Source of the DNA: Trichodelitschia bisporula
Lineage: Eukaryota
DNA: 64,000 nucleotides
Direction: 5' to 3'
NCBI GenBank assembly: GCA_010356995.1
Contig: ML996691.1
Span: forward strand, 1,246,174-1,310,173
Shown here: piece by piece, positions 39,087 through 52,557 of the stretch
Layout: every line of letters begins with the position of its first letter
Position numbering within the stretch: position 1 is the first letter of the stretch
The notes under the pieces: generated by a model
Database searches by the model: none
Told to the model about the DNA's origin: nothing
Seen by the model: only the letters and a program-made list of their open reading frames with translations
Translations under genes and position numbers: made by a program

Positions 39087-39789
39087 ATGCTTAGTCTCAG
39101 TTGTCCTTCCTTGCCATTTGGCTGCGGTTAGATGGGAGCTTGATACCCTCGTGTATGTTTAGCAGGAGTTGACTACGGTGATGACAGGGATGGTGACGAA
39201 TGCGTGCGCTCTGGTTCGCGGGTACGGGGCGTAATGCGGGGCGGGCCAGGTCTGACACGGGGAGTGATATGGGAGGAATTGTGCTTTATCGAATGTGCTA
39301 ATGCTAGCTTTTCATTTGTGTTCACGTTGCCAGGGCGTCGGGGTGGGGGATTGGGATGTCATGGTATTTATTCGGGTTGCAGGGGTTGCGGGGGCGGGAT
39401 GGATTCTGGGGCAGGATGGATTCTGGGGCCATGGGGGGGTTAAAATAGGCCACATGGGGATGTATACTTGCGTTTAGGCTGGAGCTGCGCGGCTTTGAAG
39501 TTGAGGCGATCATGGTATGGTGGGGGGTGATGTCGTTCATTTGTGGTGCGGCAAGGGGAGATTCAAATCAAAGCTTTGCTGCTTTCTTTGCTCATCCGCG
39601 ATGTCGTGCATCGTCAATATCTAATCGATGCATTCAAGCACAATTAATCACAATCCCGCACATCAGACCAATCTCCTTCTCCAACTGGCAGCCTCTCCCT
39701 CCACCAAAACCTCGGCGCCCTGTCTCAGCCTTCCAGATCCCGCATGGGGCTGAACAAGCCCCGGCCTATCGATAGCTCCTTTTTTTCTG

Positions 39790-39796
39790 TGACTCA
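39790..39796. promoter_or_regulatory. Gcn4/CpcA response element upstream of HIS7
   Basis: TGACTCA about 105 nt before the ATG, preceded by a poly(T) tract; expected for an amino-acid biosynthesis gene. Confidence 0.6.
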
Positions 39797-39899
39797 ATTT
39801 TCCACCCCTCCACCCCCACCATCGCCATCCCACCTCACATCGCGCAATTGCCCCTCTCCCTCCCACCAACCGCTCGCTCCCTCTTTTTCGCAAAACGCA

Positions 39900-41636
39900 A
39901 TGCCGACCGTCCACCTGCTGGATTATGTCGCAGGCAACGTCCGCTCCCTCGTCAACGCCATCGAGGCGCTGGGTTGGACGGTCGAGTGGGTGAAGTCGCC
40001 GGCTGAGGTCGCGAACGCTGATGTGCGCTTTTCCCCATCCCCTCAATATACCCTCCCCCCCATCGTCCCCCTCCTCCCCCCATTCACCAGCTAATGTATC
40101 CAGAAACTCATCCTCCCCGGCGTCGGCCACTTCGGGCACTGCCTCACCCAATTCGCAGAGGCAGGCTACACAGCCCCGATCAAAGCACACATCGCCTCCG
40201 GCAAGCCCTTCCTCGGCATCTGCGTCGGGCTCCAAGCGCTCTTCGAAGGCAGCGATGAGAACCCAGCCGTGCCCGGCTTCGGCGTGATCCCTGGGACGTT
40301 GCGCCGGTTCGACGCGACGGATAAGAGCGTGCCGCACATCGGGTGGAACAGCGCGAACGCCGGCGGCGCGGACGAGCTTTATGGTCTCCGGCCCACGAGT
40401 AAATATTACTACGTGCACAGCTACGCCGTGCCGTACGAGGCTGGGGCGTTAGAAGAGGCGGGGTGGCGCGTGGCGCGGGCGAGATATGGGAAAGAGGAGT
40501 TTGTGGGTGCGGTGGCGAGGGGGAGTGTCCTTGCTACGCAGTTTCATCCTGAGAAGAGCGGGGTTGCGGGGTTGAGGCTTATTAAAGCTTTCCTGGAGGG
40601 CAGGGTCGAGGCGCCGCTGGCGGAGGAGTGGAGGGTTTCGGATGAGAAGGCGGAGAGGGAGGAGGGGCTTACGCGACGGGTTATTGCGTGCCTGGATGTA
40701 CGCGCGAATGATGCGGGGGATTTGGTGGTTACGAAGGGGGATCAGTACGATGTGCGCGAGAGGGAGGGCACGGCTGTGGGGGGGCAGGTGCGCAATCTCG
40801 GGAAACCGGTTGAGCTGGCGAGGAGGTACTATGAGCAGGGCGCGGATGAGGTGACCTTCCTCAATATTACGAGTTTTCGGAATTGTCCGGTGGCGGATTT
40901 GCCGATGGTGGAGATTGTGAGGAGGACGGCGGAGAGGGTGTTTGTTCCGCTTACGGTTGGGGGGGGGATTCGGGATGTGGTGGAGCCGGATGGGGAGAGG
41001 GTTTCTGCGTTGGATATTGCGACGCTTTATTTTAGGAATGGGGCGGATAAAGTGTCTATTGGGAGTGATGCGGTGGATGCCGCTGAGGCGTGGTTTAAGA
41101 GGGGGGAGAGGTGTGTGGGTGATACGGCGATTGAGACGATTGCGGCGGCGTATGGGAGACAGGCTGTTGTTGTCAGTGTTGATCCGCGGCGGGTGTACGT
41201 CGCCAGCCTGGGGGACACGAAGCACGAGTGCGTGCGTGCGCCGACGCCCGGCCCGAACGGGGAGGCGTGGTGCTGGTATCAGTGCACTGTTAAGGGGGGG
41301 CGCGAGGGGCGTGATATCTCCGCGCAGGAGCTGGTCCGCGCCGTCGAGGCCCTCGGGGCAGGAGAGGTGTTGCTCAATTGTATTGACCGCGATGGGTCCG
41401 GGCATGGGTTTGAGCTGGAATTGGTTAGGGCGGTGAAGGCGGCGTGCTCGATTCCTGTCATTGCGAGTAGCGGTGCGGGGAGGCCGGAGCATTTTTCAGA
41501 GGTGTTTAGGGAGACGGGGGCGGATGCTGCGTTGGGGGCGGGGATGTTTCATCGGGGGGAGTGGACGGTGGGGGAGGTTAAGGGTGTTATGCATAAAGAA
41601 GGGTTGTTGGTGAGAGGGGTGGAGAATGAGATATAG
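39900..41636 (+). CDS. HIS7: Imidazole glycerol phosphate synthase HisHF (glutaminase + cyclase)
   Basis: LLDYVAGNVRSL, LPGVGHFG, GICVGLQ, QFHPEKSG, RVIACLDVR..VVTKGDQYDV, LNCIDRDG, VIASSGAG. One intron about 40023-40103. Confidence 0.97.
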
Positions 41637-42076
41637 AATGGACACTGGGAATGTTGGATGGTTTGGGACGATTGGATTGGGCGGTGATAGAGGTGGACTT
41701 GGGTGTATATGATGGCATAACAAAAGTTCATGACAATGGGTTGTTAATTGGCTTTACAAGTGATTTACCACAGATGGACGATATGACCAGTTACCTATGT
41801 CGGAGGTGGGAAGTAGGCGATGCTGTCGCGATCGTCGTCCCTTTGACGTTCTTATGCAAGGCTGAAACCAAATCCGGAACGCCCAAACGGAAAACTCCCG
41901 AGCCGAGGCTGAGTAAAGTTAAACACAAAGCCCTTACCCACATTTCCGTCCTCAACTTACCAGCCCTTACTTTCAAAACCCAACTGAGCGCTCTCACTGC
42001 TTTCCATCTGCAAGTATGGAGCAAAATTACACCCACTGAAACACATTCGTTTGTCCCAAAAATCAAGCATCGACCA

Positions 42077-42168
42077 GCGTTGGTGGTTTAGTGGTAAAAT
42101 CCGTCGTTGCCATCCGAATTCATTCGGGATGATTCGACGGGCCCCGGGTTCGATTCCCGGCCGACGCA
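42077..42168 (+). tRNA. tRNA-Gly(GCC) with 21-nt intron (42113-42133)
   Basis: Acceptor GCGTTGG/CCGACGC; anticodon stem CGTCG/CGACG around TT-GCC-A; T arm CCGGG-TTCGATT-CCCGG; TTTT terminator. Confidence 0.93.
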
Positions 42169-42398
42169 TTTTTGCACTTTTGACTTTGAAGGCGATGAAG
42201 TGTGGAGTTGGACGAGCGGAGATGGGGGACTGGGATGTTGAGGCTCAATGTTTTGGGGGGGTCGAGGACAAGTCTCGAAGGCGGCATGAGTTTGGAAGTT
42301 TTTGTGGAGGTGATGGGGTTGGAATATAGATTTCACGAGGCTGAGAGAAGGCAAAGTGTGGAATATCTCAATGCAGTGTCTTGAATACCTAGCCGCAA

Positions 42399-42426
42399 GT
42401 TCAACCTCTAGTTCAACCTCTAGTTC
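42399..42426. repeat. 12-bp tandem repeat GTTCAACCTCTA
   Basis: Two full copies plus a partial copy. Confidence 0.6.
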
Positions 42427-42470
42427 TAGCCCTTTACTCTCCCCGGAGACACCGCCCAGAAAAGCAACCT

Positions 42471-45400
42471 TCAAGCACGCGTGAAGGCCATTTCACAAAA
42501 TGCCTGTGGGAGACCAGATAATCCTATAGGCCCTAGATTCTGCATGTGGCTTCGATCGAGTGTACTCACTGGCGCCATTGCCTCTCGGTAGACGGTGTGA
42601 CAAGCACACTTGGAGAGTTTTCGATGGCGACTTTGGGCAAGCGAAGGGGAATGAGCGACGGAAGGACGCCGCGATATGCCAGCGGGAGTAGAAGCCAAGG
42701 GTTCTGAGGGTCTTCTGTTGCAGCAGAGAAAATGTTGGCTGGGTGAATGGAGCAAGGAGAACGCGCAAGACACAGGGACTTGTGATATACCGGATATCAT
42801 AAGGCTCACGGAGAGAGCAAGGAGCGGTAGCCATCCTGCCCCAAAGTTTTCGAAAAACCCCATCTCCCAGTACCGCGCATAGGCGAAAGCCATGGCGTGT
42901 GGTCTAAGTGGTAGAGGTAGGACGGTCACCTGAGTGTCCAGGTCGCCAAAATCGAGCCCGATTGATGGATTCCAGTGCGGCACGAGTCACCACCACCGTG
43001 TCTGGCGACATGACAGAGGAATCAAGTCGTTTATACCCTAAGATCCCGTCCCGTACCTAATCCATCCCTGTGCTCGATCATTCTCTTGATTCCACACTAG
43101 CGTTTACCAGGAGGACCAGGCGTCCTCTTGGCGTCATCAGGGCAAGCACACTCGCCAGGCTCTCGGCTCCGCTCACAGAGGGTGTAAGTCGGTTTGGCCT
43201 CATCGCACTTGAGCTTCCGAGCGCGATGGGTGAAGCAGCCGGTCTTGGTGCGCTTTTTATTCGCAATGTGGGTGGCCTTTGCAGCGGGAGGGGTCGGCGG
43301 GGAGAGGGGACAAGATTCCGGGGCCGTCTGATTCCGATGTCCTTCTCGGTATTGTGAACCGAGCTGTTGAAGGATCTCGTTCTGCCCGCCGGAGATTGTC
43401 AAGCTTCTGCTGCAGCTTGCGCTGGGCTTCGTGACCGGATGACAGTTGCCGCTGGCTGATTCGCCGAGGAATCGGAGCGAGGCGTGCGGGAGCTGCAAGA
43501 TGTTCGACAGGGGCAGGGGCTCCTGATCAGACGCGTCTATAGGGTGGAGAGGTAACAAGCAACGCAGCGGAGAAAAGGGGGGTTTGGGGTGAAAGTAGTA
43601 GCTTCGAAGGGGATAAGTCCTGCAGGAAGGATGGGCACATCGTACGGTTCACCGTGTCGAAGTTCGGCAGGGCGGCTATCTGTGATGGTCGGAGGGTGCC
43701 CGGTATGCTCATAGTGACTTGCTAAGAGAGGTACTCGTATGCTTGAGGATGTAGAAGGGAGGTAATGTTTTATAAAGAAGGGTTGGGAGCGCGGACGAGC
43801 GGCTGATGATATCAGCAACGTACCATAGTTATATGCATTGCTACAAAATTTCAACTTGCGCTTCTTCGCCTCCGCCTGAGGGATCGGGTTGAGAAAGCCG
43901 GGTGTACCAGATATGATTCCGGCCGGGGAAGGAGGACCGACCGCCCCGCGGCAGCGGTCGTCGCCGCCATTTTCGGCGTCGATACAGCCTTCGGTGCCGC
44001 CAGGGCTGTCATCAAATTGCCGATCCAGCCCGGGCACTTTCCCGACAGGGAGCGGCCTATGGATGCGCTCAATGGCATCTGGACCACTCAGGCGATCCCA
44101 GTCAATCCGGGACGCATCATAGCGTGGTTGCGGCGAATCTCCGCACCAATCGGTACGAAGGTACCGGCATTCATTGGACTGGTAGCCTTCGGTCGTCATG
44201 CCGGTAGGCGTCGAGCCGTGAGAGACGCCGGAGGAACCGGATATACCGCGCCGTGCGGCGCATGCCGGACATGCTCTCCATCGTGCATGCTTGTCAAATT
44301 GAGCACCTGGTCAGCACGGAGATTCGCCGATTTCATCACGTTGACCAGCTGGGGGGCAATCATAGAATCCCCGAAGGTATTCACGATGTGCCGCCGCAGC
44401 TCCGGATCCTCTAACTGGGGCGGCTCGTCGCGAACGCGCTGCCCTAGGAAAGATGAGCCGACGATGCTCAGATGATTGAAGGCATTGGCGAGGGAGTCTA
44501 TTTGAAGTGTTAGTGATATGCAGGCCAATGATGAAGATATGTAGCCATGATTCGATGGAAGAGGAGATTCATCGCGTGGATCGGGACTTGCGAGCCAAAA
44601 GTTTGTTCGTTTAATCTCTTACCGCCGTGGCTCGCATCGAATTGATTATCGATGCCCGGTGTATTCCCAGTCGGCATTGGGTTATGGTAACGGCCTCGAG
44701 TCCCGACGGTATAATGGTTCACGATGATGGAGTCGATGTTGCCGCTTTCAGACTCATCATGTGCGTGCGGTTTGCCTGGCCTAGACCACCAGTGCTCCGG
44801 TCATCCAGCCCTCCAGCATGCTCCCGCCTCTTCACCTCCCCCGCCACCCTCCCCTGCGGCCATACCGTCTGCGGGTCCTCGGGTTCTGGATGCGTGAGTC
44901 GCTGTGACCAGCACTCATCTGATCCCGGTCAAGGCCAGGACGCATTAACCCATGACCAGCGCGAATGGAAGCACCAATCTCAGGGGGGACGCAAGGGCTG
45001 CGCTTATATAGACGCCTAGGCCCACCCCGCGAGAATATGTGGGGAGCGAGTTGAAATGAGGTTGGCTCTCGTATAACTCGGGAGACTGAGTAAGCAACCT
45101 GCAGGCATACCCCGACGTGCGGCGCAAGGGTTGCTGATGTGTGGAGAAGTCCACCGTGTGGTTTTGGGGCAAGTAAGTTCCCCGGTGAATAGACGCCGCA
45201 ACATGATGTTCCGGCTCGTTCTATAGCTGACGATGCTGGCCAGCCTTTCTCGCAGGGAAAGAGGTTGTGAGGGTCGGTGTGGAGAGGGTCTGCTTCACTG
45301 GGTGGCTTTGCCAATGGTCAGTGGAAATTCATTCAAGGAATGGTGTTGACAATGCGAGATCGTTGAGAATTCGAAGGAGGCAGTCAAATGCTGCAAGACC

Positions 45401-45514
45401 TTTTGCAAAAGGAGCGTCGGGCTCATAACTGTTAACTGCTACAAAACGTGATGTAGCACTTGACAACATTGACCCGACGTTGCTGCCCCCTGTGGATTCA
45501 GGGACCGCGCTCAT
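42471..45514 (-). pseudogene. Degenerate Zn(II)2Cys6 transcription factor remnant; boundaries uncertain
   Basis: KKRTKTGCFTHRARKLKCDEAKPTYTLCERSREPGECACP (about 43140-43260) is a Zn2Cys6 motif with Cys2->His and Cys4->Tyr. It is flanked by short same-strand ORF fragments in different frames (..YWEMGFFENFGAGWL.. downstream; MSAVPE..SRFVAVN upstream). Confidence 0.5.
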
Positions 45515-48091
45515 ATAAACGGCATAGGTCGACGACGCGCTTGGTCAGGAAGCAAGATGCAGGCCTGATCACTCGTGATTGACCCTCCGGCAGCCGTATT
45601 TCTCGAGCGCAGAGCCTTCCACAATTGGGGAGGTCTGGTGCTCGCGCGGTCTTGACGGAAGTAAAAGCTGGGAGCGTATGTGACGAAGGGATGGTTCGGG
45701 GGAGCAGGACCTGGGGAGGTGGATATGAGGTGTGTGGAGAAGTTAGGAAAAAAAGGGTATGGGGTCGAGGCGCGCCGGTGTAGGAAGGTGACACCATCGG
45801 ACCGGTAAGAACGCACGGTTTGTTCCCGCTGTCGCTTTCATGAAGGTCGCCACCATGCTTCAGAAGCTCGTACAGTTGGTCGTACTGGGGGAGTATTTCG
45901 GTGGGCGTGGCACGAGAGCCGTGGTCCAAGAGGCAACCTCCCCCGTCCTTTTAAACAGACGTTCCACCTCATCCAGGACAGTGGGAGCCATTGCAAGCGA
46001 TGGCAAGGCAGCGCCTCGTGACCAAGCCGCGACGGTGATGCCCAGACCACCCGGCAGTAGCCATTGCCGATGGAGGCAGAGAGTGAGGGATAGAAGTCGC
46101 CGTCGCCGGAGTCATCGTATCTTTCTACCATCGCCGGGAGGATATCAGATGCAAGAAACAGCGTCAGGCGCAGGTACAGTCGCCGGAGCCAGCATCAAGC
46201 TCGTATGGAAGGGAAGGAAGGTCGCTGGAAGAGGGTACTGGGTTTCTGGTACTCTTAGCGGATGGCGAGATGATGAGCTTCTGGTGCGCGGGCCCAGTCG
46301 TCTGGATCGATCTCGCCGGATCCGGCTGAGATATCACACGTCGTCGACCTGTAACGCGTGGGGAGCAGGCGCCGGGGACATCGGACGGTCGGCTTCGGAT
46401 TTGAGTCGAAGAAGAACCAGCAAGGCATATACCCCGCGGAGAAGCTCCCATCTCCTCGAGGCAACACAGCGAGGGGTGCAATTATCGCTGACAAGGGAGA
46501 GTCTCGGCGAGAGACCATAATCTCTTAAGTATGATCACGGAGTGTCCGTAGTCATCCCACAGAGCAGTGGCAAGTTTCTTCCCCGCCGGTAACCGCAGAC
46601 CACCGTCGATACCAAGGGGTAAATAGGCGATTTGTGCCAAAGAGGCCGTGATATTTGACGGCTTTGCGCTGGGGGGAGGTAGCTAGATCCTGGGAAGGCT
46701 ACGCTTGAGAGGTACGTACAGGTTGCTTTCTGCTGATCAAGATGGGGAGCCTGTGTTCGATGTCGGACCTGAAAGCGCGGCCCTGCTGACCGCGTAATAC
46801 CCTAAGCCCGTGATGCAGAAGGATCGTCGAATCGTGTGTTTGCCGTGGTGGCGGTGGACCCGAAGTGCCTCGTCCTCGGATCAAAGAGCACGTTGAACTA
46901 GCAGAGACGGTGGTGGCCGGATGGGCGGTGCGGATGTTGCCGGTGTTTCGATCGCAGGATACGGTTCGGACCGGCCAGCTGCAATCATTTGTTTCAGGCG
47001 GGCCTGCTGCCGCGAGCGGATTGAACCTCAGGGTATACAACCCCAGCCCCGCAATGCCAACCCGGAGTCATCGGTGAAGCTCTAACCTTCCTCCCGGCGT
47101 AACCGGTCATTCGGACCCAGATTCGCTCGACATGACGGTGTGAAAGGCCAGGTGACGCACACCCCCTGAATGTCATCGTCTCGGCGATGATTCTGCCGGG
47201 TGGCGCCCGGGGATGATGCCGCTGAGACATGGCCTGAGAGTGAAAAGGTGGTGGATAAGCGCGGCGCTGGGGGGTTGTGTGAACGAAGATGAAACGGACC
47301 GGTGGACGTGACGGTCGGTTCTGGCTTCGCGGGAGGGGGGGGGGGGGGCTTGTAACATGGCCCACATCTGCGGGATGCAAATGAGGGGGAGAAAGATAGG
47401 GAAGGAGAAGGCAATGAAGATGGAGATTATGGGGCAGAGAGAGTGTGACTGTGATAATCTCCGAAGATAAGCGTACATCCAAGGTATAGCGGAGGCGAAG
47501 GCCGCCGGTGGCATGGTGCTGGAGAGGGGAAGATGAGCCGATGATATACTATAGTCGTGAGGATGCAATGGAGACGAAGATGAGGGGAGATGCGGACCTT
47601 TATCCACCGTCAAGAGTCACCGCGCACTCAGCCTCAACGCAAACGTGGACGCACGATGAATATGCGATGACTAGCCGGCGTTCGACAGCAGCGATTAACA
47701 CTCTCGTAAACAGCGGGACACGTCTCGGACGAGCCTTTAGAGGAGTCAGCAAGATCAGGAGTAGAAGACGTCAAGCACAGTCATGGCAGAACGCAGCCGT
47801 AAATACAATCTATTGCCCGCCAACTCAGCGCAACCAACAAGACTATGTAAACCCTCATAAGCCTCATTCCCGCTCATGACCGTAACAAGCTCAAGCTCGC
47901 CCAAAGACGCGCCAACGAAAGCCAAACACACTCACGAACAATACAATCGAAATCACAACCCCCTCGTCCCCCTTCACTCTCGCCTCCCAAAACAAGATCC
48001 ATAAACAACAACATCCAAGAAGGCGGTCGCTAGCGCTACCTCAACCAACAACCCACCACTGCCCTTGTCTCCCCTCCTCACTCCCCTACAA

Positions 48092-50137
48092 CTACATCCC
48101 CCAAAACCCCCCCTCCCTAAGCAAATCCCCCTCCGCCCCCAAAAACACATCATCCCCCCCCACCACCAACCCCAGCGCATCCATCCCCCCCTCCGTCCCC
48201 CCCACCGCCCCCCCCTCCGCAGGCGGACTCTCCGGCGGCGTTGGCGCCCCCCCCGCGGCCGCCGCCTGCGACAGCTGGAAAATGAGATCCGTGGCATCGG
48301 GGTCGAACGGACTCGAATAATCAAGCGGAGAAGTATTATCGAAGCTAGGCCCACGCGTTAGCCCCTTGCCCTCATCCCGTATTCCCAGATCAACGTACCT
48401 GAAATGCTCGCTCGTCACACTTCCACCAGCCGCGTCTAGATCCACGAGACGCGCCGTGTCTAAAGCGCCGAAGTCCAGCCCCCCGTCCTCGGGCCCGGGG
48501 GAGGGCGAGTCCTCGCCGGACGAGCCCGAGCTCTCGCCGCGGAACCGCGCCTCGGCATCGCGCGCCCGTGCCCGCGCGGCTTTGTCCACGCGCGAATCCA
48601 TGTCGGGGCGCTTCTTGCGGGGCCGGCCGCGGCGGGCAGTTGGTTTATTCTCCCTCGCGCCGGGGAAGGCACCTACACAGCTCCCCCTCTGCCTATGCCG
48701 CGTCAACGCATCCTGGCGCACGAAATCCTGGCCGCAGGGACAGCGGTAGGGTTTCTGGCCGGAGTGGATCTTGGCGTGGCGCTTCAGGTCGTGCGGGCGG
48801 ACGAAGGTCTTGCCGCAGTGGGGGCATTTGAATTGGCGGTCGCCGAGGTGGGTTTGCACGTGGCTGCGCACGTTTTCGCGGCGTTGGAAGCCGCGCTTGT
48901 TGCAGGTGGGGAAGAGGCAAGTGAACGTGTTGCTGGACACGTCGTGCGAGATAAGGGCGGCGACTTCTTCCGGGGCCACGCCGGTGTCTGCTAGGGTGGC
49001 TTCGTAGGCGGCGTCGAGGGAGAGGTCGGCTATGGAGATGGGGCGGGGGGAGAGGGAGGGGGAGAGGCCGTCGGAGAAGAGGTCTTCTACGTCGGCGAGT
49101 GTTGTTTGGGAGGAGAGGTGCGGGGCGGAGGAGAAAGAGAGGTGGGGGGTGGGTTGTTGGTCGTAGGAGTCGAAGGAGGAGATGGGGTGCGCGTGCGGGG
49201 AGAGGTAGGGCGAGGGGTGCTGGTGCGCCGAGTGGTGGCTGTGCTGGCTGTGCTGCGGGGACATGGCGGTTGGGGAGTAGTGCGATAGCGATGGGGTCTC
49301 GTCGAAGTCGAACGCCGTGGAGCCGGGGGGTTCGAGGGACAGGCTGTCTGGGAAGTCGAGCGGTATGGGCGCGACGTCTAGCTTTGGGGGCTGGGAGGCC
49401 GAGGGCCGCTTTTGGGGCGTGGCGACGGGGGTTGGCAGGATGTTGATGAATACGTTATTGCCCGGGCCATAGACTGAGTCGATGGACTCTTTGAGCTTCT
49501 GGAGAGCCTCTTCGCAGCGCCCGCTTAGGTGGTTGGGCGGCGGAGGGGCGAACTGCGGGCCTTGCGAGAGTTGCGGCGAGGCTGTGAGACGGGACGCGCG
49601 GGGCGTGGTGGGGGAGGGGAGGAAGTCCTCCTCCTTGAAGTCGAACGGCCCGGGGAAAGCTTGCATTGCGGGCTGTAGGTGGGACGTTTGAACCGAAAGA
49701 GTCGGTGAGCTCTGCTCATGCATATGCTGATGCCGGTGCTGGTCATGATCAAGCCGCGGATCGAATTGGCTCTGCTGTATCTCGTGCTGAAACTGATGAT
49801 TGTGCTGGTGGTGTTGGAACTCATGTCCCGGCGTCGCCAGTCTGTGCTGCTGCGCTACCTGCAACGGATGCTGTGATTGTGAGTAAATACTTACCGTACT
49901 GTCGTCCTGCGTGATGGGGCCCAGGGTCGGGGCCAGCGGGTCCGGGCGCCGGAAGCCCGTGTGCTGGTCGAGCGAGAGACCGCGGCGATGGGCATTGCGG
50001 CGCGGTGAGACGCTGCCAGCGGTGCGCTGGAGGGCGGGGACGGGGCGTACATTGGGGGCCTCGAGCTGGGGGGTTGAATTTTGGCGGCGGTGAGCTTTGC
50101 GGCGTTGCTCGATGCTCGAGGTGGCTGTGGACAGCAT
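48092..50137 (-). CDS. ACE2: C2H2 zinc-finger transcription factor, Ace2/Swi5 family
   Basis: N-terminal HRRQNST and HRRGLSLD; fingers CLFPTCNKRGFQRRENVRSHVQTHLGDRQFKCPHCGKTFVRPHDLKRHAKIHSGQKPYRCPCGQDFVRQDALTRH; RRGRPRKKRP. Confidence 0.88.
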   Translation of the reverse strand: MLSTATSSIEQRRKAHRRQNSTPQLEAPNVRPVPALQRTAGSVSPRRNAHRRGLSLDQHTGFRRPDPLAPTLGPITQDDSTVSIYSQSQHPLQVAQQHRLATPGHEFQHHQHNHQFQHEIQQSQFDPRLDHDQHRHQHMHEQSSPTLSVQTSHLQPAMQAFPGPFDFKEEDFLPSPTTPRASRLTASPQLSQGPQFAPPPPNHLSGRCEEALQKLKESIDSVYGPGNNVFINILPTPVATPQKRPSASQPPKLDVAPIPLDFPDSLSLEPPGSTAFDFDETPSLSHYSPTAMSPQHSQHSHHSAHQHPSPYLSPHAHPISSFDSYDQQPTPHLSFSSAPHLSSQTTLADVEDLFSDGLSPSLSPRPISIADLSLDAAYEATLADTGVAPEEVAALISHDVSSNTFTCLFPTCNKRGFQRRENVRSHVQTHLGDRQFKCPHCGKTFVRPHDLKRHAKIHSGQKPYRCPCGQDFVRQDALTRHRQRGSCVGAFPGARENKPTARRGRPRKKRPDMDSRVDKAARARARDAEARFRGESSGSSGEDSPSPGPEDGGLDFGALDTARLVDLDAAGGSVTSEHFRYVDLGIRDEGKGLTRGPSFDNTSPLDYSSPFDPDATDLIFQLSQAAAAGGAPTPPESPPAEGGAVGGTEGGMDALGLVVGGDDVFLGAEGDLLREGGFWGM

Positions 50138-51047
50138 GTCTGGGGTGTGCAAGTGGGAGTCCGGATGGGTGTTGTCGACTTATTTGATCCGTGACTATCT
50201 CATCGTTAGTTGGGAGCTGCAAACATTGGACGGGAAGCCCACCTCGCGCAGCGCAAGCCGCGTTGGCCGGGCGAATTGAAAAAGCGTGAAGCTTCTCAGT
50301 CAATCGCAATTAGGATGGCTAAACTCGAGGTGCGAGTCCGGCTCAGCAGCCGATGATAGTAGAGAGTGGAAGGGAGCGTAGGCCTTGAAGCTTTACTCTC
50401 GCGATGTGTATGGATATCTTTGTGTTCAAGCTAAAGTGCAGATGTTTGGACAGCAGGTAGGCTAGTGTTGGGAGGATGATGTGGAGAAGAGACGGACGGA
50501 GGGCGACGCGACGGGAGTAACTGGGATAAAATGTGAGAGAGACTGAAAACACGCGGTTGCACGGGGCAACGCGGTGTGGTGAGATCAAGGCAGGGCGTCA
50601 TGGGGGATGGGGCCGCCGAGGGAACCTAGCCCCGGCTGGCTCGTTGGCGCGGGCGCTGGCGCGGTAACGCGCGACAAAGCTGCGCCGGCGCGTCATCAAA
50701 CAGTCAATAAACCAGTCGGTGCATTTATGTAGTCAGGGCGATTTAGAGTAAAATTACGGAGCGGAAGTCTAGATTTGTTCGGATAGACGATGGGATGGGA
50801 TGAACTTGGGCCATCTATGGTTGTGATGGGGCTGAGGTGCCGGGGCGACGCGCTCAAACACGCCAACACGGGTTCGCTAACGGACAGGGGGCCGCACCCG
50901 GATGAACTATTCCCCCGGCCTTTCGTGCCAAGCCCCACGCACACCCCCGCCGCCGCACTTAAGTCCAAATTCCCAGCAACACCAAAACTCCTCCCCACGA
51001 ACATCCCTTCGACGACTGAAGACGCATAACCCCAGTGGTTTGTTGAG

Positions 51048-51625
<578 letters not shown>

Positions 51626-52557
51626 GTGTCTGGATCGACTGGTTTTCGTTTCGATGGCTAGGAGGCTAGTGTTGCTTTAAAGGCCGTAGTTGCTTTGAAG
51701 GGTCATTGCTGTACCATAGTCAATTGACGTCAACCTCATCGCATTTTCGTACGTGATATGCCAATGCGCTTTTGTGAAAGCGAGCATCCCATCTGTATTG
51801 TCCTACGGCTGGCCTCACAGGCTCTTCAGCTGCCATCGAGCCGCCTTCGGCAAGCATGGGCTCTCGCCTTCAGCAAGCAAGGGCACTCGACCTCACACAG
51901 CGATGAAACATCAAAGTGGACACGTGAAGCACTGGATTCTACATGCATATCTACCTCCATCCTCCCCTTCTCCACACCTATATATACACACACATACGAA
52001 GCAAAGCAACCCATCAAACGAGAAAGATCACTAACAAGACCATAGGCTCCAGTCTGAAAACGAAGCGCAGTACACTTTGTGTATCCGACAGGGCAAATAG
52101 ACAGACAGAGCAGACAGGGTAGTGCGTAGATAGACAAGTTCGAACGTTCCACAACAGCCTTGTAACTCCACGCAAGGAAAATGATAAGACGCTTTTGAAC
52201 AGCAAGTGACCTCTTGAGACGGCCAGGGAATGACGTGAAGCGAACCGAACCGGTCGTTGCCGACGTGAGATATGACGGATGAGTGTAAGGAAACAAAGTC
52301 TGTAGTGAGACTGAGGGTCGGATTCTCCGAGCCGGAGGCAGGTGAGTGTAGGTCCAAGAAAAATGTGCCAGTAGCACCAGCGAGGCGCGTGCGAATGTCG
52401 CAGGTATATCCCCCATCCCACAAAAGAAACTCCCCCCATCGAAGCGAAAACACACTCTCACTCTCACTCGAACGAAGAAAAACCCATCCGCCCAAAAAAA
52501 ACCCACCCATGAATCCCATCCCATAACCCCATATCACACACCCTACCACATCCATCT

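Noticed and set aside
40449..41492. 347-aa antisense ORF, and similar long antisense ORFs over HEL1, JHD1 and the Num1-like gene
   Set aside because: Shadow ORFs of GC-rich, codon-biased real genes; Pro/Arg-rich with no motifs.
49871..49894. GTAAGT...CAG in-frame mini-intron in ACE2
   Set aside because: Only 24 nt, too short for a normal spliceosomal intron; the ORF reads through.
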